From the NCBI GenBank assembly GCA_964396245.1, contig CAYNEO010000017.1, forward strand, positions 1,714 to 65,713: 64,000 nt of DNA, written 5' to 3'. Under the pieces are notes generated by a model. The model searched no databases. It was not told the origin of the DNA and worked only from the letters and a program-made list of their open reading frames with translations. The translations under genes were made by a program, and so were the position numbers. Of the stretch, positions 1-8,227 are shown in pieces; position 1 is the stretch's first letter, and every line of letters starts with the position of its first letter. The DNA is from an uncultured Ignavibacteriales bacterium (GTDB lineage Bacteria > Zixibacteria > MSB-5A5 > GN15 > FEB-12).

Positions 1-242
1 AGTTGATCGGCGGGGTCCTGCTGGTGTTGGGACTGCTGACCCGTCCGGCGGCGTTTGCTGTGATGATCAACATGCTGGTAGCGACGATTTCGATGTGGCC
101 GAGAGGGTTTATTGTGGGCGGGGCGGCGTTTCCCTTCAGTTTTCTGGTCAGCGCGATCATTATTCTGCTGGCGGGGCCGATGGCGTACAGCGTGGATGCG
201 TGGCTGATGCGGCCCGGTGAGGCGGGGAGAGGGGCGGGCTAG
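1..242 (+). CDS. DoxX family membrane protein, C-terminal fragment (5' end outside window)
   Basis: Frame 3 is open from the window edge to TAG at 240-242. The TM-rich sequence (GVLLVLGLLTRPAAFAVMINMLVAT...IIILLAGPMAYSVD) is typical of DoxX/DoxD-like proteins. The TTG at 3 is only the ORF caller's first possible start. Confidence 0.6.
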   Translation, partial: LIGGVLLVLGLLTRPAAFAVMINMLVATISMWPRGFIVGGAAFPFSFLVSAIIILLAGPMAYSVDAWLMRPGEAGRGAG

Positions 243-393
243 TTTTCGGGGCGCATTATGGAACGAGGAGACCCTTCGACAGGCTCAGGGTGACTTGATT
301 GTAGCCGGCTCATATTTCATTTGGGGGTGGGTGATGTATTGATACAGGCACTTCCGGGGCAGAAGTGCGCTACATAGCTTGTTCAAGTTCCAA

Positions 394-1212
394 TCATTCC
401 CCGAACATGATGCCGATGCCGAAGCGGGTCAGGTTTTTCTTGTAGTCGACGAGACTTTCGCCCCAGCCGTGGGAGATCCTGAATACCAGATAACTTCCGA
501 CGCCCTTTGGCACGGGGATGTTGTAGTTGAAGACTACGCCGGCGCGGCCGGTGTTAAAATTACCCTCGAGGTCCAGGTGGCAGGTGTGATGCCACGGAAA
601 CCGGTAGAAGAAATGAAGGTCGGTGTAGCCGAGGTAGTCGGTGATGTCGGGGTTATCGTCGCCTTCGGCATCGAGGGGATTCACCTTGTCGCCTTCGGGA
701 ACGCGATAGCGGACTTTCAGGTAGACGAGCCAGTCTGACCGGAAATAGTATGGGGCGGCGTAGAAGAGGTTCCAGCTTCGCGAGACCGGCGGAATCTGTC
801 CGTTTGATTCGTGCTCGAAACCGAGGTCCACGCCGAGCAGGCCGCCCTGGAAGGGGAGACGGTTGCTTCGATAGAAGAATTCGGGGTTGTAATTGGTTTC
901 GCGAAAAGGCGCCGAGTTCTTGGCGTCAAAGGCCTGCCAGAAAGATATCTGCGAGTAAGCAAAATAGAACGGCGTGTGAAAGATGCGGTATTTGGCGCTG
1001 ATCTGGAACACCGCCTCGGTCTGGGCGCCGTCGAACTCGTTAGAGATGGTGGCCGGAAGCATGAACATCTCTTTATGGAGGCTGAGACCGGTGCGGGTGC
1101 TTATCCACTGGAAACTTGCCGTATCCTGTTGGGCGTTGACGCCGGCGGCGGTCGCGAGCAAGGCCAGAAAGAGGGCAAGAAGTCGAAGCCCGGCACGGAC
1201 AGAGGGTATCAT
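394..1212 (-). CDS. pldA: outer membrane phospholipase A (OMPLA)
   Basis: Track ORF 394..1272 trimmed to the ATG at 1212, which gives the signal peptide MIPSVRAGLRLLALFLALLATAAGVNA. It contains the OMPLA catalytic His/Ser motif HESNG and the FRETNYNPE motif, followed by an aromatic-rich beta-barrel pattern. Confidence 0.85.
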   Translation of the reverse strand: MIPSVRAGLRLLALFLALLATAAGVNAQQDTASFQWISTRTGLSLHKEMFMLPATISNEFDGAQTEAVFQISAKYRIFHTPFYFAYSQISFWQAFDAKNSAPFRETNYNPEFFYRSNRLPFQGGLLGVDLGFEHESNGQIPPVSRSWNLFYAAPYYFRSDWLVYLKVRYRVPEGDKVNPLDAEGDDNPDITDYLGYTDLHFFYRFPWHHTCHLDLEGNFNTGRAGVVFNYNIPVPKGVGSYLVFRISHGWGESLVDYKKNLTRFGIGIMFGE

Positions 1213-1584
1213 GGATCGGTCCTCCATTTGATCCGCGCTGCAACCGGTTGGTGGCGTGGTGCGGAGTGACAAGTGTTGTGGATACAGATCAATGTAGGAG
1301 CATGGTCGATTCTGTCAAGGTTTAACCGTGCGGCCGCGACGAATGAGGACTATTATGTTGACATTTATCCGCATGTGCGATAGGTTGAAAAAGAACGGGG
1401 GCTTTTTTGCTGGTAGAGGGTGTCGGTGAGGCAACGTGCGGGGGAGCGTTATATCAGCCGCACTGTATTTACCCGGCGACACGATTTCGGACAGGCGAGG
1501 GTGATCGTTCAATTTAAGCATATATGACGCGAGTTGCAGCCGACTATATCAAGCTGACACACATATCCGAAAGAGAGGTCCTCA

Positions 1585-2481
1585 ATGCAACGCCGATCCC
1601 GCATTTTGTTCCCGTTGGGGATTGTGGCATGTCTCCTGTTCGCCGCTTCTATTCAGGCCGAGATTTCTTCCGACAAACTCAAACCGCCGGAACCGGGGAT
1701 GGTTCAGCGGCTGACTCTCAACGACGGTTCCACGCTAATCGGGAAGATAACCGCAGTAGGTGACGAGGATGTGACGTTCCAGTCCAGCATGGGTGAGATG
1801 ACGATCAAGAAGGAGAACATCAAATCCATCGAGGAGATGCCGGAATCGTCCTACAAGGGCGGCAAGTACTGGTACCCGAATCCGAACCAGACACGGTTGT
1901 TGATCGGGCCGACGGCGCGGACGTTACCGCCGGGCAAGGGGTACCTGTTCGACATAATGATATTCTTTCCCGGTGCGGCGATTGGCGTTACGAAGAATTT
2001 TATGATCTCGGGCGGAGGGTCGATATTCCCGGGCGTCGACGATCAGCTGCTTTATTTCATCCCGAAGATTGGAGTCGGGATCAACGAACAACTCGATGTA
2101 GCGGCCAGTGTGGTCGTGCTTTATCTGCTTGACGAAGCGGCGTTTCTGGGGATGGGTACGATGACGTTTGGAGAGCCGGATTACAGCCTGACGGCGGGAT
2201 TGGCGCTGGCGTGGACCGACGAGGAGCTGCAGGATGAGCCGGCCTGGACCATCGGTGGCGAGTATCGGTTCGCGCGTCGCCTGTCGCTGGTTGCCGAGGG
2301 GTGGTATATCCCGGGCACTGACGGCGCTAAAATGTTCATGCCGGCGATACGGTTTTTCGGCGAGCAAATGACGCTTGATTTCGGGATGGGTTTCGGCAGC
2401 GGCAACGATGACGACGATCCTTACGATAGTGATGATGATGCGAGCTGGATTCCGTATCTTGATTTTGTCTGGAATTTCTGA
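1585..2481 (+). CDS. secreted / outer-membrane beta-barrel-like protein of unknown function
   Basis: RBS AGAGAGG lies just upstream of the ATG. Signal peptide is MQRRSRILFPLGIVACLLFAASIQA. The C-terminal half has an alternating beta-strand pattern ending in ...DFVWNF (terminal aromatic). There is an Asp-rich loop, GNDDDDPYDSDDD. Confidence 0.6.
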   Translation: MQRRSRILFPLGIVACLLFAASIQAEISSDKLKPPEPGMVQRLTLNDGSTLIGKITAVGDEDVTFQSSMGEMTIKKENIKSIEEMPESSYKGGKYWYPNPNQTRLLIGPTARTLPPGKGYLFDIMIFFPGAAIGVTKNFMISGGGSIFPGVDDQLLYFIPKIGVGINEQLDVAASVVVLYLLDEAAFLGMGTMTFGEPDYSLTAGLALAWTDEELQDEPAWTIGGEYRFARRLSLVAEGWYIPGTDGAKMFMPAIRFFGEQMTLDFGMGFGSGNDDDDPYDSDDDASWIPYLDFVWNF

Positions 2482-2502
2482 GATAAACGATATGCAAAGC
2501 AA

Positions 2503-2535
2503 ACGGCAGGACCTTTCGGGGTCCTGCCGTTTTTC
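2503..2535. terminator. rho-independent terminator between convergent genes
   Basis: An 11-bp perfect stem, acggcaggacc (2503-2513) / ggtcctgccgt (2520-2530), with a 6-nt loop, is followed by TTTTC. The reverse strand reads the same hairpin followed by TTGCTTTGC. Confidence 0.7.
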
Positions 2536-2572
2536 ATTTGGGGCAAGAGAGAGTTACCGGCGCACGTGATGG

Positions 2573-3634
2573 CTATCTAATATAGTCCCAGGCTGAGCCG
2601 GTCCAACGAGCGACAGTCCTGTCGCGGCCGTTCACGATGAACCCGCCGGCGGCCCAGAGCTCTCCATCGAAGATCGTGACGGCTTCCACGTGTCCGGCAA
2701 TGCCGGAGCCGAATGCCTGCCAGGTGGTTCCGTTCCAGTGGGCGATATTGTTAGTCGCGGTCGTACCGGCGCGGTTGAACTGCCCGGCGGCGACGAGTTC
2801 GGAATTAAATATCTCGAAGTCAAACACCCAGCCCCAGTCAGTGCCGTTGTAGCTGAGACCCGCTCCGAAGCCCTGCCAGCCACTGTTGTAAGTAGCGATG
2901 GAGAAGATTTGGCCGCCGGCGATGGAATCAAAGGTGCCGCCAATCACGAGATTATTGGCATAAACTGTCATGGCATCAATAGAACCATTGGGTTCCGCCT
3001 TCGGCTCCAACCAGGCGGAGCCGTTCCATGCAGAGTAACGGCCCTGGCCGTTGTCCACGCCACCCGCCACAAGGTTGCCGCCTTGCGTGGTCAGGCTAAA
3101 CACGGTGAACGAGACGCCGGAACCAATGGCGTGCCAGGCGCCACCGTACCAGGCGGCAATGTTATGGGCAGTGACACCGCCGACCGAGGTAAAGGCGCCG
3201 CCGATGATTACCCAGCCGTTGTAGACAGTCATGGCATAGGCGTGGCCCTCGATTCCGGAGCCCATGGCATGCCAGGTTGAACCGTCCCAATAGGCCATAT
3301 CGTTCGCGGAGACACCGCCGATGGTGGTAAACGAGCCGGTGACGTACAGGTTGTTGTTATAGCTGAGTATTCGATACACGGTGCTGTCCACTCCGGGGGC
3401 GATGTCGGTCCAGGTCGAGCCGTTCCAGCTTCGGAGGAATGGCTGGTCAGCCGTGGAGAATCCCATGATTTCACCGGCGGTGATCAGCTGATTGTTGAAA
3501 GTAGTCATGTCCCAGACTTCATCGAAGGTATCATTGTCGTCGGGGTTAGTGCCGTTGTCATCGCCGCAGGCAAAGAACAGGCCGGTTAGAATGATGACGG
3601 TACCCAGGATGGTGAATTTAACGATGCGTAGCAT
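2573..3634 (-). CDS. lipoprotein with 7-bladed beta-propeller repeat domain
   Basis: Track ORF trimmed to the ATG at 3634, preceded by RBS GAGGAGG (gaggaggcgtgtATG). Signal and lipobox-like sequence is MLRIVKFTILGTVIILTGLFFAC. Seven ~46-aa repeats follow the pattern V..(M/L)..(Y/F)...L(V/I).GG.F...GG......IA.W.G..W...G.G. Confidence 0.75.
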   Translation of the reverse strand: MLRIVKFTILGTVIILTGLFFACGDDNGTNPDDNDTFDEVWDMTTFNNQLITAGEIMGFSTADQPFLRSWNGSTWTDIAPGVDSTVYRILSYNNNLYVTGSFTTIGGVSANDMAYWDGSTWHAMGSGIEGHAYAMTVYNGWVIIGGAFTSVGGVTAHNIAAWYGGAWHAIGSGVSFTVFSLTTQGGNLVAGGVDNGQGRYSAWNGSAWLEPKAEPNGSIDAMTVYANNLVIGGTFDSIAGGQIFSIATYNSGWQGFGAGLSYNGTDWGWVFDFEIFNSELVAAGQFNRAGTTATNNIAHWNGTTWQAFGSGIAGHVEAVTIFDGELWAAGGFIVNGRDRTVARWTGSAWDYIR

Positions 3635-3881
3635 ACACGCCTCCTCAGCAGAAGTATACAAACGATTTAGTAGTATTCTCTGTCGTCGGCTCAATGACTC
3701 TCGAAGAATTGAATTATCGGCCTACTGAATTGATCGTTGTGACCGGTTCCTACGGACACGGTGCTGAGGAAATGGCGAGTTGCCGTTTAGATCGTAGTAT
3801 CCACATTTGATCAGCGCCGGATGTGTTGTTACTTCAACGTAACTGATAGTGGATGTATCTGTCAAGATAAAACGACGCAAG

Positions 3882-3900
3882 CGCCTGCCTTACGCAGGCG
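3882..3900 (-). terminator. possible terminator hairpin downstream of the 105-aa ORF
   Basis: On the minus strand, cgcctgc-GTAAG-gcaggcg forms a 7-bp GC-rich stem. It is followed by cttgcgtcgTTTTatc, so the T-run is displaced by 9 nt and the call is only moderate. Confidence 0.35.
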
Positions 3901-3913
3901 GTCGACTCCCGAG

Positions 3914-4231
3914 TTACGGATAGATGATGAGGATGGGCCGTGAACCTTCGGCTTCATCATTTGTCCTGGCTACCTTTGCCGTAAACGGAAAGGCCGTGTA
4001 GGATTCAAGTCCTTTGGCGAGAGTGAAGCTCCTGTCTGACTTAGGGTCAAGTGTCGCGGGGTCTTCCTTCGTTTCTTCGAACGGCCAATTCTTGAAATGC
4101 AGTTCGATGCCATCGTTCATGCAATTAACGAAGGTTATGGCGTCACCCTGACGGCCGCCGCATACGGCCGGGTAAATACGGCGCCAGTTTGGTTCGCGAT
4201 CATCGCTGTAAATTGTCACGAAGTTCGGCAT
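3914..4231 (-). CDS. hypothetical 105-aa protein (no family recognised)
   Basis: A strong RBS precedes the start (ttactAAGGAGGaagtgacATG). Codon usage looks like that of neighbouring genes. It lies 80 nt downstream of the kinase gene on the same strand with no obvious terminator between them. Confidence 0.65.
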   Translation of the reverse strand: MPNFVTIYSDDREPNWRRIYPAVCGGRQGDAITFVNCMNDGIELHFKNWPFEETKEDPATLDPKSDRSFTLAKGLESYTAFPFTAKVARTNDEAEGSRPILIIYP

Positions 4232-4311
4232 GTCACTTCCTCCTTAGTAATGAGTTCTTGTCGTGTGCTCTTTTTATCCGGATTCCGAAACGTGCTGAGA
4301 ATCGATCATAG

Positions 4312-6954
4312 TCAGAGCCGGCTTCGGTATAGACTGTCGAATGCAGGGTCGCTGACAACTCCCTCTAATTCCGGCCAGTAATTACGCACATCCTCGCGGG
4401 CGTAATTCATATTCAAGGCGTCGATGACACACTCGCGGGCACGAACGCGATTGTGTATCTGTTCGAAAATAACCGCTGCCGCGAGAGCCATGTCGGCGTT
4501 GTTCGGGGCAAGCAAAATGGCGTGTTCGATGTCCTGCGATGCTGCGGCACTGTCTCCCAGCTCTGCTCTCGCGGTGGCAAGAGAGCGAAGGATGCCGGGA
4601 TCGCGCGGGTTGATTTCGCGCTGTCGTTCACCCAGCTCGAGGCCGTGGTTCAATGCCTGTCGCGCCCGGGATTCCCGGCCGGGGATGTCGTTCAGGGCCA
4701 CCCCCGAGTTAATCCAGAGACGGTAATCATATGGATTAATGTCCAGCGCCATCTCGAATTTTTCCGCCGCGAGCTCCGGCTTGTTTTGCATAACATAGTA
4801 CGACCCCAGGTTGGAGAGTGTCCCCCAGGTGGGTTTGATGGTAACCGAGCGCTCCCACATTTGAGCGGCGGTATCCCAGTCACCCCACAGGGTGCTCAGC
4901 CCGCCGAGATTGTTCCAGGCGAGAAAACCCTCGGGTTGGGTTTCGACGGCTCGTTGCAGCTGCTCCTTTGCTTTATCGATCTTTCCCCGCTGGGCATAGA
5001 AGAACCCGAGGTCGGCATAGCCGGACCAGTAATCGGGCCGTAATGCGATAGCGCGGCGATAGACGGCTTCTGCCGAATCGGTACGATTCATGCGCTCAAG
5101 AGCTGTTGCGAGCCGCCCGAGTGCGAACCGGTTGGAAGGATCAAGTAATAGGGCGTGGTTGAACTCGTCGGCCGCGTCCGAATAGCGGCCCTGCTCCTGA
5201 TGGATGAGCCCAAGAGTCACGTGGGCGCGGGGAACGCTGTCATCGACCGCCATGGCGCGATGACTAAAGTAGATAGCCTGCTCTTCCCACTGCGGATCAG
5301 AGCTTGAAACGTATTTGCGCCAGTATGCTTCGCCGAGTCCGGCCAGAGCGAGAACGAAGTCATCGTCACGCTTGAGCGCGTTTTTGAAATAGCTGATAGC
5401 AGAGTCGATCTCAGTCTGATTGACCGCATAGCCGAGCTGGCTTTCGCCGCGCATGTACCCCTCGCCGACCACATACATCCTGTAGGCCTCACGGTCTTTC
5501 GTGCCGCCCCTTCCGAGAGTCTGCTGTTCTTCGGGATGCAGATGCATGTCGAGCATGCGGGCAACCACCGCGACAGTTGAGTCCTGGAATTCGGCCAGAT
5601 CCTGGGTACGGTAATCGAAGACCTGGGAACGAAGCTGCCGCTGGGTGTGGGTGTCGATAAGGCTCACGGTCAGGCGAATCATGCCCTCCAGTTTTTGCGT
5701 CGCGCAGCTTATGGCGAGATTGGCGCCAAAGACCTTGCGGGACTCGGCGGCGCTTGTGACGTTTTCCTCGCGCATTTCACGTGAGGGCACGACCCAGAGC
5801 GATGCATGATATCGTTCGAGCTGGGTGAGTTTGCTGGCCACTGTTTCTGTCAGGCCCTCGCGCAGGGCATCACTCATCGGCTCCTGACTCAGATCTGTGA
5901 ACGGCAAGATAGCCAGAAGCGGCCGCTGGGGTATTTCACCCGGTATGATCCTGTCAATCACCGCCCGTCTCACGTCGCTGCTGAACGCGAAGAACAAGAT
6001 CACAGCAAGCCCTGCCAGTCCGCCCGCCCATCGGACCCAGCGTTTTCCAGCGGAAGGGCGTGCAATCGCACGGGGGAGAGGTTCCTCGGCGGTCAGCGCG
6101 CGCTGAAGATGGCGCAAGTCCTCGAGCATTACCTCGGCGGATTTGTATCTCTGTTCGCGATCTTTCTGAAGCGCCTGGTCGAGGATGCACTGGAGCATAT
6201 ATGGAAGATCGGGGCTTGTTTCGGCCAGGCTTTCTGGATCTTCATTAAGGACCGCCTGTATGGTGGCGCCGGCGGTCTCACGGCGAAACGGATGCCGGCC
6301 GGTGGTCAGTTCGTAGAGAGTGACGCCAAATGAAAAAACATCGCTGCGCTCATCGGCCGGTTCGCCCTGGAGTAGTTCGGGAGCGATATATCCCAAAGTG
6401 CCGAGCGCCTGCCCACCGGTAGTAAGCTGTTCTTTTTCTTCTACGTGTGCGAGACCAAAATCGAGCAGTTTGGGTCGACCGGCAGCGTCGAGCGCGATAT
6501 TTGAAGGCTTGATGTCACGATGCGTTACTCCCGCGCGATGGATACTGATCAGGCCATCGCACACGGCGACCATCACGTTGACCGCCTCTCGGAGCGGCAT
6601 GGGACCGGCTTTGATCGTATCCCTGAGAGTTTGTCCCTCGAGGTACTGCATCGAGAAGAACGGACGGCTGCGGTGCTCGCCGACTTCGTGGATGGTTACC
6701 ACATTGTTGTGCTCGATGGCGGCGATGGCGCGGGCCTCGCGGGAGAACCGGCGCTTGCAGGATTCATCCCCGCATAAGTGTACGGGCAGGAATTTGAGGG
6801 CAACCTTGCGGCCGAGGTCGGTATCCTCTGCCAGATATACCTCGCCCATACCTCCGGCACCGATCTTGTTGATAATTCTGTACTGATAAACCTGGGTGCC
6901 GGCGGAGAGTGTTTGAAACGACTGCGTGCGGTCGTCGTCCGAATGATCTATCAT
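4312..6954 (-). CDS. Hanks-type Ser/Thr protein kinase with TM helix and periplasmic sensor plus TPR repeats
   Basis: Track ORF (to 7254) trimmed to the ATG at 6954 with RBS AAGGAGGA; the longer form would overlap the upstream gene. Kinase motifs are GAGGMGEVY, VALK, HRDIKPSN, DFGLA and GTLGYIAPE. A TM segment (WAGGLAGLAVILFFAF) is followed by the LAILPFTDLS motif and multiple TPR-like repeats to the C-terminus. Confidence 0.9.
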   Translation of the reverse strand: MIDHSDDDRTQSFQTLSAGTQVYQYRIINKIGAGGMGEVYLAEDTDLGRKVALKFLPVHLCGDESCKRRFSREARAIAAIEHNNVVTIHEVGEHRSRPFFSMQYLEGQTLRDTIKAGPMPLREAVNVMVAVCDGLISIHRAGVTHRDIKPSNIALDAAGRPKLLDFGLAHVEEKEQLTTGGQALGTLGYIAPELLQGEPADERSDVFSFGVTLYELTTGRHPFRRETAGATIQAVLNEDPESLAETSPDLPYMLQCILDQALQKDREQRYKSAEVMLEDLRHLQRALTAEEPLPRAIARPSAGKRWVRWAGGLAGLAVILFFAFSSDVRRAVIDRIIPGEIPQRPLLAILPFTDLSQEPMSDALREGLTETVASKLTQLERYHASLWVVPSREMREENVTSAAESRKVFGANLAISCATQKLEGMIRLTVSLIDTHTQRQLRSQVFDYRTQDLAEFQDSTVAVVARMLDMHLHPEEQQTLGRGGTKDREAYRMYVVGEGYMRGESQLGYAVNQTEIDSAISYFKNALKRDDDFVLALAGLGEAYWRKYVSSSDPQWEEQAIYFSHRAMAVDDSVPRAHVTLGLIHQEQGRYSDAADEFNHALLLDPSNRFALGRLATALERMNRTDSAEAVYRRAIALRPDYWSGYADLGFFYAQRGKIDKAKEQLQRAVETQPEGFLAWNNLGGLSTLWGDWDTAAQMWERSVTIKPTWGTLSNLGSYYVMQNKPELAAEKFEMALDINPYDYRLWINSGVALNDIPGRESRARQALNHGLELGERQREINPRDPGILRSLATARAELGDSAAASQDIEHAILLAPNNADMALAAAVIFEQIHNRVRARECVIDALNMNYAREDVRNYWPELEGVVSDPAFDSLYRSRL

Positions 6955-7086
6955 GGTGACAGATCCTCCTTTCCGCCGGACTGCTTGTGCTATAGCATAC
7001 AATACGAAAACTCCAGCCGTTTGTCGAGATAAATTGTGCGCTGTGCGGAATCGTTTATTCGGGATTGGAGGAAGCGGCTGATTAAT

Positions 7087-7117
7087 GAAAAGGCCCCGTC
7101 GTATGGCCGACGGGACC
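7087..7117 (-). terminator. rho-independent terminator after the 204-aa beta-barrel gene
   Basis: The minus strand reads ggtcccgtcg-gccata-cgacggggcc, a 10-bp stem with one G-U pair, followed by TTTTC. It sits 25 nt downstream of the stop at 7142. Confidence 0.65.
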
Positions 7118-7141
7118 CTCTTCGTCAGGGCATACTTGTAT

Positions 7142-7756
7142 CTAGTAAATGAAAGCGGAGAATCCGGCTCCGATTGAGATCGTGGTGCCGGTGATGGATT
7201 CCGATGCGCCCTCGGGCTTCCAGCTATCTCCGCGGAACATGACGCTGCCATCAACGGCGACGGCGCTGCTCAACATATACAGCATACCGCCTTTGGCACC
7301 GTACTGCAGAATCCTGGTGCTTGCACCGTTACTGGCGTTCGCCCAGTTGAAGAAGCCGCGAATATAGGGGTAGACGGACCCCTTGACCTCAGTTTCCGCC
7401 TGATTAACCTTGAAATAGTACCCGATCGTGGGACCCATGCCGACGATGTGGAAGTCATAGTCTCCCCGAGAATATCCCAGATAGCCGAATTGAGCGCCAA
7501 TGAAGACGCCGGGGGAGACAAAGTAGCCGACGGTCGGCGACAACTCGAAGTTTTCGGTGAGGCCGACACTACTACTCCCAATTCCGAAGGACGTTATTCC
7601 GTCTCCGTCCATGTCTTCAAACAGGTCACCGCTCTGGCTCTGGAAATAAGCGGAGCCGCTCAGGAAGAGACTTCCTTTGTCAATCGGGCTGTTAGCGGCA
7701 AACAGCGTACCGCACAGTAGAAGGGCTACGGCGCACACCAATACAGTCTTTAGCAT
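7142..7756 (-). CDS. small outer-membrane beta-barrel protein (OmpA-like/OmpW-like 8-strand type)
   Basis: RBS AAGGAGG lies upstream of the ATG. Signal peptide is MLKTVLVCAVALLLCGTLFA. Alternating aromatic/Gly beta-strands are present, and the C-terminus is ...GAGFSAFIY. Confidence 0.75.
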   Translation of the reverse strand: MLKTVLVCAVALLLCGTLFAANSPIDKGSLFLSGSAYFQSQSGDLFEDMDGDGITSFGIGSSSVGLTENFELSPTVGYFVSPGVFIGAQFGYLGYSRGDYDFHIVGMGPTIGYYFKVNQAETEVKGSVYPYIRGFFNWANASNGASTRILQYGAKGGMLYMLSSAVAVDGSVMFRGDSWKPEGASESITGTTISIGAGFSAFIY

Positions 7757-8227
7757 AAAACCTCCTTGGACATAGGAACCCCTACCGGGGTTCGAGTTCT
7801 TGATGGACTGATATTGCGAACGTCTCTCATGCGCTTTGGGACAAATGTCTCTATGCTAAAAGATCGACATGCAGGGGATATGGTGTAAACTAAAAACTGT
7901 ATGGTGAATGGCAACACGCGGCGCCAGGGACCAGGCGGTTTGACGCGATCTGTTGTGTATGCGGGAGATACCTGTCCGCCTCGCTTGCAGACGGGAAGTG
8001 CAGGTGGAAGCTGAGAAATGACTAGAATTGCTCAGGACTGACAAAAAAGGTTGACAACCTGTGATCATCGAGCCCATTGTATACGTCACTACAAAGAGAA
8101 GAGTGATCGTCCGGCCGACGGTACAGTGCCGGGGGAGTGCGTTCTAATCTAAGCGGTACCGTGAGTCGTGTATGGCGCTGCAGCCATGCCGTTTTGCGGG
8201 TAAGTTGTCGAGCGGGAGGTTTCAGAT

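Noticed and set aside
379-738. 119-aa plus-strand ORF
   Set aside because: It is antisense to pldA, which has the HESNG active-site motif.
1358-1386. TTGACA-17-TAGGTT promoter-like element upstream of the gene at 1585
   Set aside because: The -10 matches consensus at only 3 of 6 positions, and the element lies 200 nt from the start codon. It is too weak to report as a feature.
6955-7254. 100-codon N-terminal extension of the kinase ORF (the track gives 980 aa)
   Set aside because: The extension overlaps the 3' end of the upstream barrel gene and its terminator. It is Pro/Arg/Ser-rich and lacks an RBS. The ATG at 6954 has AAGGAGGA upstream and begins just before the kinase Gly-loop.
7777-7800. 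GGTTCGAGT(T)C match to the T-loop region of tRNA-Leu (11498-11510) at the far edge of the low-GC islet; a possible att-type direct repeat
   Set aside because: Only 9-10 nt match, and the flanking bases do not align with the tRNA 3' end. A match of this length is expected by chance somewhere in 64 kb. It is kept only as something to test in the islet finding.
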